From positions 961,130 to 1,025,129 of the forward strand of contig JBAZBY010000001.1 of the NCBI GenBank assembly GCA_041671225.1: a stretch of DNA of 64,000 nt. Direction: 5' to 3'. Positions 25,840 through 35,403 of this stretch are shown here, piece after piece. Each line of letters starts with the position of its first letter. The stretch's first letter is position 1. The translations under genes and the position numbers were made by a program. The notes under the pieces were generated by a model, which was not told the origin of the DNA, ran no database searches, and saw nothing but the letters and a program-made list of their open reading frames with translations. The DNA comes from Patescibacteria group bacterium (GTDB lineage: Bacteria; Patescibacteriota; Patescibacteriia; JBAZBY01).

Positions 25840-26928
25840 ATGAAAAAAAATATGTTAACTGTGCTTCATGGGGGGCTGGCACGGATTCTCGTTCTCTTCA
25901 TTGTTATACTCGGTCTTGGTGTGCCTGCCGCACATGCACAAATGGGCCCGGTAACAGAAATCCAGCTCTCAGAAACAAAGAGCACCGTAACAAGCGATAA
26001 CATCGTTCCCTTTCTTGTACATGCGCTTGATGCAGCGGGAAACGTAGAAGAGGTCACCGCAGATGCGGTCTTCTCGGAAAATGATCCATTTGGTGACTTT
26101 TCTGCGAATGTCTACTTCCCTGGCATGGTAGGAACATGGGATGTACAGGCAACTTATAATGGTTTCGCCGTGCAAACCACCATCACTGTAACAGAAGGTC
26201 CATTGGCAACCATCGTTATCAACCCGAATACGAATCCGGAAATCATCAATATGAATGAAACGCGCGCATTCATTGCGCAGGGTTTTGACGCGGATAACAA
26301 TATTGTTGCTGAGTTGTCACCAACGTGGGCTGTCCAAGGGACTGCGGGTACCATTGATGAATCAAGTGGAGTCTTTACGGCAAAAGCTGAAGGGGATGCC
26401 ACAATCACCGCAACAATGGGCGACGTGAGTGCTGCGGCACGCATCACGGTCAAAAAAATTGCGACCGGCGAAGAAACGCCTCCAGTGCCTCCACCAGCGC
26501 CAGCAACAACCACGAACACAAACACTTCATCTCCAGCAACAACCGGTGAGGTGCTTGGCGAAGAAACCGAAGATGAACAGGCCGCGCAAGTTGATGAAGT
26601 GACGGAAGTGACAGCAGAAAACGTAACAACGACTGCGGAAGAAGCCGTAACCGAAGATTGCGCCACCTATGCATGGTGGGTGTGGATGCTCGGTATTATC
26701 GTCTACCTCGTCTTGCTTGGTGTTTATTACTACACCGTTCGCATGCGTAATGAGCTTACGATCTGGATCGCTCCGGTGATCCTCACTGCCGCAGGTCTCT
26801 GGGCATTCTTTGCTCTTACCTGTGCAGGACACTTCCTCTGGGTTCCCTGGATACTCGTGATCGGCGGACTCCTTGTGACGCTCTTCCGCCCACGTGAATT
26901 CCAACCAGAAAACGGCCAGGAGCTCTAA
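25840..26928 (+). CDS. Ig-like (Big_2) domain protein with signal peptide, Pro/Thr-rich linker and C-terminal multi-TM anchor
   Basis: Signal peptide ...GVPAAHAQ. Two Big_2-like modules (ATITATMGDVSAAARITV). Linker PPVPPPAPATTTNTNTSSPATT. Three C-terminal hydrophobic helices. Confidence 0.55.
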   Translation: MKKNMLTVLHGGLARILVLFIVILGLGVPAAHAQMGPVTEIQLSETKSTVTSDNIVPFLVHALDAAGNVEEVTADAVFSENDPFGDFSANVYFPGMVGTWDVQATYNGFAVQTTITVTEGPLATIVINPNTNPEIINMNETRAFIAQGFDADNNIVAELSPTWAVQGTAGTIDESSGVFTAKAEGDATITATMGDVSAAARITVKKIATGEETPPVPPPAPATTTNTNTSSPATTGEVLGEETEDEQAAQVDEVTEVTAENVTTTAEEAVTEDCATYAWWVWMLGIIVYLVLLGVYYYTVRMRNELTIWIAPVILTAAGLWAFFALTCAGHFLWVPWILVIGGLLVTLFRPREFQPENGQEL

Positions 26929-26958
26929 ACCTCCTGCTCAGTAGTACGCTCACTTACA

Positions 26959-26990
26959 AATACCCTCCGCAGATTGCGGAGGGTATTTTG
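26959..26990. terminator. Bidirectional intrinsic terminator between convergent genes
   Basis: AATACCCTCCGCAGATTGCGGAGGGTATTTTG. 11-bp perfect stem with a T-run. Confidence 0.6.
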
Positions 26991-27003
26991 TATAATAAAA
27001 GAG

Positions 27004-27819
27004 TTAGCGCATGAAAAGCGCCACGCCAATGAGGGCGATTGCAAGCACAATACGGTACCATGCAAAGGGGCGCATGGTGCCGCTCCGAAGAAACGCAAGA
27101 AGAAAGCGCAACGCGAATACTCCAGTGGCAGTGGCGGCCAAAAATCCTACACCGACGATCCCCTGATCCTGCCCAGAAAGACCCGCCAGATTCGGCAGCA
27201 GCAATGCTCCGGCTCCAAATACCGCAGGGATGGAAAGGAGAAAAGAAAAACGCGCGGCGTCGCCGCGAACAAAACCAAATGCCATTGCGATAATAATGGT
27301 GATCCCGGAACGTGACACGCCAGGAATAAGGGCAAAAGCCTGTGCGGTTCCTATAAGAAGCGCCATGCGATAGGAAATTTCAGAAAGCGTTTTTGTACCC
27401 CGATAACGCCGCTCCACAAAAAGAAACAACAACGCAATGACGAACAGAAGCGTTGCAACAACCCATGGCGTTCGCAATGTTTCTTCTACATCAAATTTTT
27501 GCAAAAGCAGACCAAAAACGACCGCCGGTATCGTGCCAACGAGAATCCGCCATGCGAGCTTTTCATGAAGACTCCAATCCCGCGCGGCATGGCGAAGACT
27601 GGTAAAAAAACCGCGCGCGAGTTGAACGATATCCTTCCAAAAGAAAATAATGAGCGCGACGAGCGTCCCCCAGTGGAGCGCGACATCAAACGCAAGATCA
27701 TTTTTGACAGAAATACCGATGAGATCATGCAAAAGCACAAGATGTCCTGAAGATGAAACGGGAAAGAATTCCGTTATCCCTTGAACGATTCCAAAAAGAA
27801 TTGCTATAATGTGATCCAT
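27004..27819 (-). CDS. uppP: Undecaprenyl-diphosphate phosphatase (UppP/BacA)
   Basis: MDHIIAILFGIVQGITEFFPVSSSGHLVL and SRSGITI motifs. 7-8 TM helices. Confidence 0.9.
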   Translation of the reverse strand: MDHIIAILFGIVQGITEFFPVSSSGHLVLLHDLIGISVKNDLAFDVALHWGTLVALIIFFWKDIVQLARGFFTSLRHAARDWSLHEKLAWRILVGTIPAVVFGLLLQKFDVEETLRTPWVVATLLFVIALLFLFVERRYRGTKTLSEISYRMALLIGTAQAFALIPGVSRSGITIIIAMAFGFVRGDAARFSFLLSIPAVFGAGALLLPNLAGLSGQDQGIVGVGFLAATATGVFALRFLLAFLRSGTMRPFAWYRIVLAIALIGVALFMR

Positions 27820-28254
27820 ATGGAAGCTATACCAAAACTACTTGCGATCCCTGCTCTTGTGGGCATTCTTGTTGCCTTTATTAAAATCGTTGATGCCATC
27901 GCAAAGCATGAACTTTCATGGAAGACCTTCACCGCGTATGGCGGCATGCCCTCGTTCCATACCGCATTCGTCGTATCGCTCACGACCGTCGTGGGAATGA
28001 ATGAAGGCATTGATTCTGCTGCTTTTGCCATTGCGGCGATATTCTCAATGATTGTCATACGTGACGCGATGGGATTCCGCAGATACATTGGAGCCCAAGC
28101 GCGTATCGTCAATTCTCTCACAGCGGTCAAAAAGACTCAAATGAAAGCCCTGGAGCCTCTTGAAGAACGCGTCGGACACACTCCGCTAGAAGTTCTTATG
28201 GGAGGCATTATTGGCTTCGTGCTTTCCGCTTCTCTTTACCTCATTCTCCCTTAA
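27820..28254 (+). CDS. Divergent PAP2-family membrane protein (DUF212-like)
   Basis: GMPSFHTAFVVSL and IVIRDAMGFRRYIG resemble the DUF212 / acid-phosphatase-related family. Start taken at MEAIPKLL (ATG 27820), back-to-back with the uppP start codon. The alternative start is 27781. Confidence 0.55.
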   Translation: MEAIPKLLAIPALVGILVAFIKIVDAIAKHELSWKTFTAYGGMPSFHTAFVVSLTTVVGMNEGIDSAAFAIAAIFSMIVIRDAMGFRRYIGAQARIVNSLTAVKKTQMKALEPLEERVGHTPLEVLMGGIIGFVLSASLYLILP

Positions 28255-29030
28255 GGAGCAAGCTCATCCGTAACAATATCCTGCGCCCGCTGCTGAATAT
28301 CCTCAGCGGTATTTTGTAATTGCTGCTTCACGCGGAACAAGCCTGTATTCATGAGCCGGGTACGCACCGTCTCACCTGCCTCTGCGCGGAGCGACTCCGC
28401 TGTCTCGCCCAATTGTTCCTGTAATTCAATTGCCTTGTGGCTCTGTCGTACGCGATCAAAGGTCTTCACGAGTCCATCCGCTGCACCCTCCATTGTACTC
28501 ACGACGTACTCTTTTTGCTCTTCAGGAACCTGCTCATAGAGTTGTTGCAATGTCTCCTGATGACGCACCGCATGACTGCTTAATGTATCAACCAAAGCAT
28601 CCACGCCCTGGTTCGTTGTTGCCTCATCCAAAGCCGTGTCAGCGGCATCGGCAATCTCATCACGCAACGCGATACCCTTTTGTTCAGCAAACCGTTCCAG
28701 TTGTCCCTGTGCGCGCTCCATATGCTTCTCAAAGCGGTGCGTGAGTCTCTCTGTCCATCTCTTGCACGTTTCTGCTGCTTTCTCGCTATCACAAATCTTT
28801 TGTAGTTCAACAAGCCGCTCATTTGCGCGTTCAAGGTCAAAAAGAGCGCGCTGCTCTGGATCACGAATAAACAATCCCTGAATCCCCTCTCCCCAGCTAT
28901 CAAGGAGGTAAAATGGCGAACTTGGCGTGAGCCCGGCATCACCGAGATCAGCAGATTCAACAGTATCCTGTGCAGACACAGACGCGATACTGACAAAAAG
29001 GAAAAAGGCGAAAACGATAAAATATTTCAT
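28251..29030 (-). CDS. Secreted coiled-coil protein (DUF5667-like)
   Basis: Signal peptide MKYFIVFAFFLFVSIASVSA. SPFYLLD motif. Long helical/coiled-coil remainder. Confidence 0.45.
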   Translation of the reverse strand: MKYFIVFAFFLFVSIASVSAQDTVESADLGDAGLTPSSPFYLLDSWGEGIQGLFIRDPEQRALFDLERANERLVELQKICDSEKAAETCKRWTERLTHRFEKHMERAQGQLERFAEQKGIALRDEIADAADTALDEATTNQGVDALVDTLSSHAVRHQETLQQLYEQVPEEQKEYVVSTMEGAADGLVKTFDRVRQSHKAIELQEQLGETAESLRAEAGETVRTRLMNTGLFRVKQQLQNTAEDIQQRAQDIVTDELAP

Positions 29031-29359
29031 AGTGCGCTTAAAAGTGAATCATCATCCATTTGCACCCAAGTATCCTGGGTATCGTTCCATTGATATACCG
29101 TCACAAAATCAACGGTATCCTCATCTGAATAGACTTTTTCAATCGTCGACTCGGCGCCAATACGATGCGCCACCATGCCCTTCTCGCCAACAATACGCGG
29201 CCGCTTGGTGCGTTCAAGTTTCATCATGCCAGCGGGACCTTCAAATTCGAACGACTCAATAATACCCCTGCCATCAAGGATACTTTCTTTCTCATATTCG
29301 TGATCCGGAAAGGCGTTCCGGATTTTTTCTGCTACTTCCTTCCAACGTTCATCGGTCAT
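29027..29359 (-). CDS. Hypothetical small acidic protein, immediately downstream of the OLD-family gene
   Basis: 110 aa with no recognisable motif. 45-nt gap to the upstream gene on the same strand. Confidence 0.35.
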   Translation of the reverse strand: MTDERWKEVAEKIRNAFPDHEYEKESILDGRGIIESFEFEGPAGMMKLERTKRPRIVGEKGMVAHRIGAESTIEKVYSDEDTVDFVTVYQWNDTQDTWVQMDDDSLLSAL

Positions 29360-29404
29360 AGGTGTAGTATACCATGCCCCATCTTAATGGCGAATATTCG
29401 CCAA

Positions 29405-30853
29405 TTATTTGAATTGCTTGCTTGCCGCAATGAGGCTTGAAAAAAGATCCTTTAGGTCCGGGAAGGATTCAATCTCCTGGCGCGTCATGGCGCGGGCGGC
29501 GGCGCGGTTCATTTCCTTGTCGTACCAGCGGATTTGGTGTTCCAAATATTTGTACGGCCGATTCGCAAAATTCTGCGGGACGCGCTTGCCAAAAGCGCTG
29601 CGGAGTGCACGCGGGGTGAAATAATTCTCGATCGCACGGCGTTCCAGAATAAGACAATACATATGTGAGTGATAGCATCGATCGCGGAAGCGGAAATGGC
29701 TCACATCTCCCTGATCCTGCTTGCTGCTTTTCTCCGAATCCAATACCACAAACGAGAAAAGGTTATTCTCCTTGAGCCGCACGGGATCCATGTTCATGTT
29801 CCCGACCGCGCCGCCGCCCAGCTGCTGTATGGAAAGCTGCACTTCCTTAAGTTCCGGGAACTTGCGCACAAATTCATCAAACACGGCAATATCCCACGGG
29901 CCCTCAACATAAAGGATCATCTCCGCCGTGAGAATGCTTTCTGGATGCGTGCCGGTATACACCAAGCTGCGCAAGAGTTCGTCCCGATTTCGCTTGCGCG
30001 CACGAACGCGCTGTTGTCCATCGCGTTGTATATGATAAAAATTCAAATGCCTGTGCTGATTCAAAAAAAGCGGCGATCTCGTCGCAATAAAGATCTGTTT
30101 TTGATACCCCTTGCTTATCCGTGAGGTAAGAATGCGCATGAACTTACGCCCCAGCGACGGGAAGAAGTGGAACTCCGGCTCGTCAATGAGCAGCACATCA
30201 TACCGCGGGTCATGAAGATACAGCAGCGTCTTGACGGTTCCCAAAAATCCAATGCCAAAAAAATCGAGTATCGCCTGCTTCGGATTATCACCAAGCAGCA
30301 AGTGTGGAAAAAAATCCGTAAGCGCTGCGAGAAAATCCGCCCACGCGTCTTTCTGTTTTGCAAGTGCATCAAGTTCCACAGCTAGGCGCTTGCGTTGCAC
30401 AACAGCAGACTCAGGACCCCCATAATACACGTCCTTGCTCTTGTTCTCCCATGAAGCAACATATTTGATGCGCGCGCCAAGATTATGCACGACCTTTCCA
30501 CCTTGAACGTCATTGATCGCCTTACCATTCATGGTAACGGTATCCCCTGCGCTTCCTGCTGCGGCGCCATGCGTTTCTACCTCAGTCGTAATGCCATACT
30601 GCTTCCCGTCTGCCGTGAGCCCGGTTTCAATCGAGTAATACTTCTCTGCTTTGCCGTGGACGATATTAAGAAAACCGAAAAATGCCTGCTCGTCGTCAAT
30701 GGACGCGTGCCGGAATTGAAAATACAATGACTCAAGAATGCTCGTCTTTCCTGCACCATCCGGACCGATGAAAATATTCACTGGGCCGAAATCCGCAAGC
30801 GAGAGTGAATCCACCGCTTGAAAATTCTTGATGCTGAGTGAAGTGATTCGCAT
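29405..30853 (-). CDS. OLD-family endonuclease: N-terminal ABC-type ATPase + C-terminal Toprim (class 1, stand-alone)
   Basis: Walker A FIGPDGAGKTSILESL. Walker B VLLIDEPEFHFFP. C-terminal Toprim ILYVEGPWDIAVF ... FVVLDSEKS (E...DxD). Confidence 0.75.
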   Translation of the reverse strand: MRITSLSIKNFQAVDSLSLADFGPVNIFIGPDGAGKTSILESLYFQFRHASIDDEQAFFGFLNIVHGKAEKYYSIETGLTADGKQYGITTEVETHGAAAGSAGDTVTMNGKAINDVQGGKVVHNLGARIKYVASWENKSKDVYYGGPESAVVQRKRLAVELDALAKQKDAWADFLAALTDFFPHLLLGDNPKQAILDFFGIGFLGTVKTLLYLHDPRYDVLLIDEPEFHFFPSLGRKFMRILTSRISKGYQKQIFIATRSPLFLNQHRHLNFYHIQRDGQQRVRARKRNRDELLRSLVYTGTHPESILTAEMILYVEGPWDIAVFDEFVRKFPELKEVQLSIQQLGGGAVGNMNMDPVRLKENNLFSFVVLDSEKSSKQDQGDVSHFRFRDRCYHSHMYCLILERRAIENYFTPRALRSAFGKRVPQNFANRPYKYLEHQIRWYDKEMNRAAARAMTRQEIESFPDLKDLFSSLIAASKQFK

Positions 30854-30923
30854 ACCACTAGTGTATCACAAAACCCCCGCCCAGATTAGCCGGGCGGGGG
30901 CGTGAAGATGAACCAATGAATGG

Positions 30924-32603
30924 TTATTTCTTTCGAGATTTCATGATAACCGCTGGAACAAAAACAACGATAAATACGGTCACAACAAGCACAAGCCAGA
31001 GTAACCATGGAGTGTTGTCATTAGAAGAAGAGGTCCCGGTTGGGGATTCAGTGTTGCTGTTTGCCACGGTGAAAGCAATCATATCGCTTTCGCTGAGCAC
31101 TGTCCCTGCATTATCACTCACCGTCACCTCAACGGTATGCTCACCTGCTGCAAGCGGACCGGGCAACGTGTATGACCACGCGCCGTCTGCGTTGGAAACC
31201 ACACTCGTGAGGATGGGGTCAGCGCTGGCAATGACAAGTGACACAATGCTATTCGGCGTCGTTGTACCGCTCAAAGTAATAATATCGGTATCGCGATACA
31301 ATGCCCTTCTCGCCTTAAATGCTCCATTCGATTCAATAAGTGAAAGCACTGCGGCATTCTGCGTAGCACCTTCCGCGGTTGCCGTTTCATCCGGGGCATT
31401 TTCGGAAAGCCAGTTTGTCAGACGGTTCAACGGGGTATTGTGATCCAAATGAAACTGAAGCTCCGTGCAGCGCGGCTCACGACCCCAATGCTGCTGGTAT
31501 GCTGCAGCGGCCGCGTCAAGATATGTATCAGTGTCTGTCCCAACACGCAACGCCTCAGAAACGCGAATAGTCCGCTCGTTTGCCTGTTCTGTGGAAATAG
31601 TGCAACCAAACTTCTCACCAATACTCTCCCCGGCAAGCCACTCCTTCAACCGATCAATTGATGTATTGTGATCCAAATGAAACTGAAGCTCCGTGCAGCG
31701 CGGCTCACGACCCCAAACATCTATATAGGCATCATAAACCTGCCCTAAATAGTTATCAGTGGTACTGCCTGCAGTGAAGCGCGAACGGACACGCACGGTA
31801 GCCCCATTTGCTTCACTGGTTGAAATGGAACAACCGTATGCTGCACGCAAAAAAGTATCAGTGGGAGTTTCGCTTGCGCTAGTATTGCTCCCATTCTTCG
31901 TTTGCGCTTTGCCTGCCGCAAGGGTGGTGAAGGATTGCTCGCTTGTGGTAACGGAACGATCCGCATCAAGAATGGGATTCTCCCAATCCATAGTGACGCC
32001 TGCCATGAGCGTGAAATAATAGGTCGTTTCCGGATTGAGGCTGGTAAATTGAATTGAATGCAGCACATCGCCGCCATGGCCGCCATAGTCGCCGGTTCTA
32101 TTTGGCAGCGTTCCGCTGACCGAGCCATACTGCACCTCTGTATAGGTTGAACGATTGGTCCTGACATACAGCGTCGCTGTGGTATCGGTAATCTCACTGA
32201 AATACATCTCCTCAATCACGACTCCCTGTTTTGGCGTATGAAAATCACCTGCCGCCGTACTGGTATTCTCAGAAGTGTCCGTAGCGGTAATTTGATAGTA
32301 ATATGTTGTGTCAAATGCAAGATTTTCCAGCAGGGCAATGTGTCGCATGCCCTGATATGTTGATGTTGCTGTGGCGCTTTGAGTGTATGAACCAGAATTA
32401 ATGCCGAAACGAACCACGCCCGTGGTTGTTTCATTTGTTGCCCAGTCAATGCCTTCTGTTATTGTTGCTGACTCCTGAAAAACTTGCGCAGCTGGCAGTT
32501 GGATAACCGGTGGATCCGGATCCTGCGCATCTGCGCGCTGCACAAACCCCCACCCAGTGGAAATCACTAGGGCGGCAACAAATAGTACGAAAAATCTTTT
32601 CAT
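30924..32603 (-). CDS. Secreted, C-terminally membrane-anchored protein with FN3/PKD-like domains and an internal ~75-aa duplication
   Basis: Signal peptide. Duplicated WGREPRCTELQFHLDHNT..(I/P)..RL..WL segments (nucleotide repeat 31440..31492 vs 31662..31715). C-terminal TM WLLWLVLVVTVFIVVFVPAVIMKSRKK. Confidence 0.55.
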   Translation of the reverse strand: MKRFFVLFVAALVISTGWGFVQRADAQDPDPPVIQLPAAQVFQESATITEGIDWATNETTTGVVRFGINSGSYTQSATATSTYQGMRHIALLENLAFDTTYYYQITATDTSENTSTAAGDFHTPKQGVVIEEMYFSEITDTTATLYVRTNRSTYTEVQYGSVSGTLPNRTGDYGGHGGDVLHSIQFTSLNPETTYYFTLMAGVTMDWENPILDADRSVTTSEQSFTTLAAGKAQTKNGSNTSASETPTDTFLRAAYGCSISTSEANGATVRVRSRFTAGSTTDNYLGQVYDAYIDVWGREPRCTELQFHLDHNTSIDRLKEWLAGESIGEKFGCTISTEQANERTIRVSEALRVGTDTDTYLDAAAAAYQQHWGREPRCTELQFHLDHNTPLNRLTNWLSENAPDETATAEGATQNAAVLSLIESNGAFKARRALYRDTDIITLSGTTTPNSIVSLVIASADPILTSVVSNADGAWSYTLPGPLAAGEHTVEVTVSDNAGTVLSESDMIAFTVANSNTESPTGTSSSNDNTPWLLWLVLVVTVFIVVFVPAVIMKSRKK

Positions 32604-32663
32604 AGGGAAGGCTTAGTTTGTAACCCCTATAAGTATATCGCGTTCCACAGGAAAGTGTTACGA

Positions 32664-33926
32664 CTACTTTTTCTCCGGCTTCTCTTTGTAATATTCTTGC
32701 AAACCGAGCTCCTCTGGAAAATAATCCTGCTTCCCCGCCTCACCCTCATAATCATGCGAATATTTGTACTCCTTGCCATACCCGATGTCTTTCATGAGGT
32801 CTGTTGACGCATTGCGCAAATGGAGCGGTACAGGAAGATTGCCATGCTCGCGTGCGTCCTGCCGCGCTTTGAGAATGCCGACGTATGCTGCGTTAGACTT
32901 AGGAGCGGTGGCAAGATACGTGGCACACTGTGCGAGGGTGAGCTGCGCTTCCGGCAAACCGATGCGCTCGCATGCGAGAAAACACGACGTGGCGAGAATC
33001 TGCGCCCGCGGATCCGCATTGCCGATATCCTCCGACGCGAGGATCACCATGCGGCGCGCGATAAAGAGCGGGTCCTCCCCTGCTTCCAACATGCGGGCAA
33101 GCCAATACAACGCGCCATCTGGACTAGACCCGCGGAGCGATTTGATGAATGCGGAGATGACGTTATAATGCTCTTCGCCGTCTTTGTCATAGAGCAACGC
33201 CCTTTTCTGCAAGGCCTCTTCAATATCTTTCTTGCTGATGGTTGCTGCGCTCGCAAAAGCCGCCGCAACATCAAGGCCATTGAGTGCGATGCGCGCGTCG
33301 CCGTTGGCAGTCTTCACAAGAAGCGCCCTGGCATCCGGTGCGAGTTTCTTCTTTCCTTTGAGGCCGCGCTTCGCATCCTTCAATGCGCGGTCAATGATGC
33401 TGCTGATCTCCTGTTCCGTGAGCCGCTGAAACACGAACACACGGGAGCGGGAGAGCAGCGGGCTTATCACCTCAAAACTCGGGTTCTCCGTGGTGGCGCC
33501 GATGAGCATAATGGTCCCCTGCTCCACGAATGGCAGGAGGCCATCCTGCTGCGCTTTATTCCAGCGGTGGATCTCATCGATGAACAATATGGTGCGTGCT
33601 CGGTGGAATTTGAGGTCATCCTCCGCCTTCTTGATGATGTCACGAAGGTCCTTCACGCCGGATGACACTGCAGAAAGCTGCACAAAGCGCGACTGCGTCT
33701 GTTTTGCGATGAGCCGCGCAAGCGTGGTCTTGCCGCTCCCTGGCGGCCCCCAGAACAGCATGGAGAACAGCTTATCATCCCGAATGGCCTTGCGGAGCAC
33801 CTTCTCTTCTCCCATGATCTCCTGCTGTCCGACGAATTCATCAAAATTCTCCGGCCGCATGCGGTCAGCAAGCGGCGCGTCTTTCCTCTTGAATTCCTCC
33901 GCTGCGTTTTCGAACAGATCTGCCAT
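32664..33926 (-). CDS. rarA: Replication-associated recombination protein A (RarA/MgsA AAA+ ATPase)
   Basis: FVGQQEIMGE...LFWGPPGSGKTTLARLIA, Walker B ILFIDEIHRWNKAQQD, C-terminal MgsA helical domain. Confidence 0.9.
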   Translation of the reverse strand: MADLFENAAEEFKRKDAPLADRMRPENFDEFVGQQEIMGEEKVLRKAIRDDKLFSMLFWGPPGSGKTTLARLIAKQTQSRFVQLSAVSSGVKDLRDIIKKAEDDLKFHRARTILFIDEIHRWNKAQQDGLLPFVEQGTIMLIGATTENPSFEVISPLLSRSRVFVFQRLTEQEISSIIDRALKDAKRGLKGKKKLAPDARALLVKTANGDARIALNGLDVAAAFASAATISKKDIEEALQKRALLYDKDGEEHYNVISAFIKSLRGSSPDGALYWLARMLEAGEDPLFIARRMVILASEDIGNADPRAQILATSCFLACERIGLPEAQLTLAQCATYLATAPKSNAAYVGILKARQDAREHGNLPVPLHLRNASTDLMKDIGYGKEYKYSHDYEGEAGKQDYFPEELGLQEYYKEKPEKK

Positions 33927-33957
33927 AGTCCTTGTATCCTATCCCAGAGCGAGCCCA

Positions 33958-33986
33958 TTGACAAAGGCGCTCACAAATGCTAGCTT
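33958..33986 (+). promoter_or_regulatory. Sigma70-type promoter TTGACA-17-TAGCTT
   Basis: TTGACA 33958..33963, 17-nt spacer, TAGCTT 33981..33986. About 100 nt upstream of the 34085 ORF. Confidence 0.45.
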
Positions 33987-34084
33987 TTGGGGCTTTTGGT
34001 GTGGCAGGTTACAAACCGCTATACTAAAGGACAGAGTCTCACCGCACCTTCCACACCAACCTCAACGAAAGGGCACGTTGAACT

Positions 34085-34627
34085 ATGGCAAATCACGATC
34101 TGGATGACCTACCGACAGCGGCAAGACCGCTCTTCACGTTCACCACGAGAGGCGACCTCGACTTCGTGATGAACGCTCTCAACATACAGGGACCGATCTT
34201 CCTTGATGGACACTCCGCGCAGATGCCCGGCGGCACCGCTGCCGGATTCACCAAGGCACTCGTTCGGTTCTACGGAAAGCACGGCCACTTCCCGAACGAG
34301 GTCACGGTCTTTCATCACGGGAGGATCACGCCTCTCGAGGTGCACACCACAAAGCCGCGCCGGCACGCGGTGATCCGAACCTTCTCCGCCGACGGATACT
34401 GGCAGCTGCATCTGCATCTCCCCGACCAGAATCCGACGGAACGCATCTGCCGCATCGAGGAGCTTCCGGATCACATCGGCCCACTCTCGCAGTACCGCTT
34501 GGGGCCTCCCCCGGGCAAGCTCGATGCGCTCCTGCGCCTCAACGAGGCCTTCAAGCACAGGGTGGGACTGCCCCCTCGGGCATCCCTGCGCCGCATCCTC
34601 ATCGGCGGCCGCGCTGACTGGCACTGA
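34085..34627 (+). CDS. Hypothetical protein, GC-rich (foreign-looking), no recognisable domain
   Basis: 180-aa ORF inside a ~62 % GC patch with GC-rich third positions. Weak RBS. Overlapping ORFs exist in other frames, so coding status is uncertain. Confidence 0.35.
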   Translation: MANHDLDDLPTAARPLFTFTTRGDLDFVMNALNIQGPIFLDGHSAQMPGGTAAGFTKALVRFYGKHGHFPNEVTVFHHGRITPLEVHTTKPRRHAVIRTFSADGYWQLHLHLPDQNPTERICRIEELPDHIGPLSQYRLGPPPGKLDALLRLNEAFKHRVGLPPRASLRRILIGGRADWH

Positions 34628-34701
34628 CCCGCTCTTTCCTCGCAAGATTCCTTCCCCCGGGAGCGCCTTCTGTCTGATAACAACAGACCAGGGCGCTTCT
34701 T

Positions 34702-35400
34702 TTAATTTCCGCCGAATCTCCGATTGCGCCTTGCGTATTCCTTGAGCACTGCCTGGAAGTCCTTTTTGGTAAAAGCAGGAAGCGATTTCTTTACAAAAAT
34801 AAGCTCACTGTACACGGACTGCCACGTGAGAAAATTCGAAAGTCGCTGCTCGCCGCTTGTGCGTACGATCGCATCTGGGTCCGGTATGCCGGCGGTATCC
34901 AGATACCCGCTCAGTTGTTGCGGAGTGATGTGCGCCATATCCACGCCGTCCTCTGCCGCGGCTCGCATGCTGCGGATCAGCTCATGGCGTCCGCCGTAAT
35001 TCAATGCGATGACCATGGTCGCGCGGGTATTGTTGCGGGTCTCCTTCTCCGCTTTGCGGATGGCAATCTGCAACGGGCGCGGGAGCTTGTTGCGCTCGCC
35101 GATGATGCGCAGCCTGACGCCTTTTACAATGAAGTCCGGCAAATCCTTCTGCAGCGCTTCAAGAAAAAGCCGCATCAACTCGCGCACCTCCGAAGGCGAT
35201 CGTTTCCAATTTTCCGTTGAGAACGCGTAGACCGTGAGGTACTTCACCTCGTATTCCAAACACCAGTCCCCGAGCTTGCGGACGGCATCCCGTCCTGCGC
35301 GATGCCCGGCATTGGCGGAAAGCCCGCGCTGTTTTGCCCAGCGGCGGTTCCCGTCAAGAATGAATGCAATGTGCGTTGGGATGTGTGAGGAAACCTGCAT
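34702..35400 (-). CDS. uppS: Undecaprenyl diphosphate synthase (cis-prenyltransferase)
   Basis: HIAFILDGNRRWAKQRGL, YAFSTENWKR and RIIGER motifs. Confidence 0.9.
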   Translation of the reverse strand: MQVSSHIPTHIAFILDGNRRWAKQRGLSANAGHRAGRDAVRKLGDWCLEYEVKYLTVYAFSTENWKRSPSEVRELMRLFLEALQKDLPDFIVKGVRLRIIGERNKLPRPLQIAIRKAEKETRNNTRATMVIALNYGGRHELIRSMRAAAEDGVDMAHITPQQLSGYLDTAGIPDPDAIVRTSGEQRLSNFLTWQSVYSELIFVKKSLPAFTKKDFQAVLKEYARRNRRFGGN

Positions 35401-35403
35401 ACG

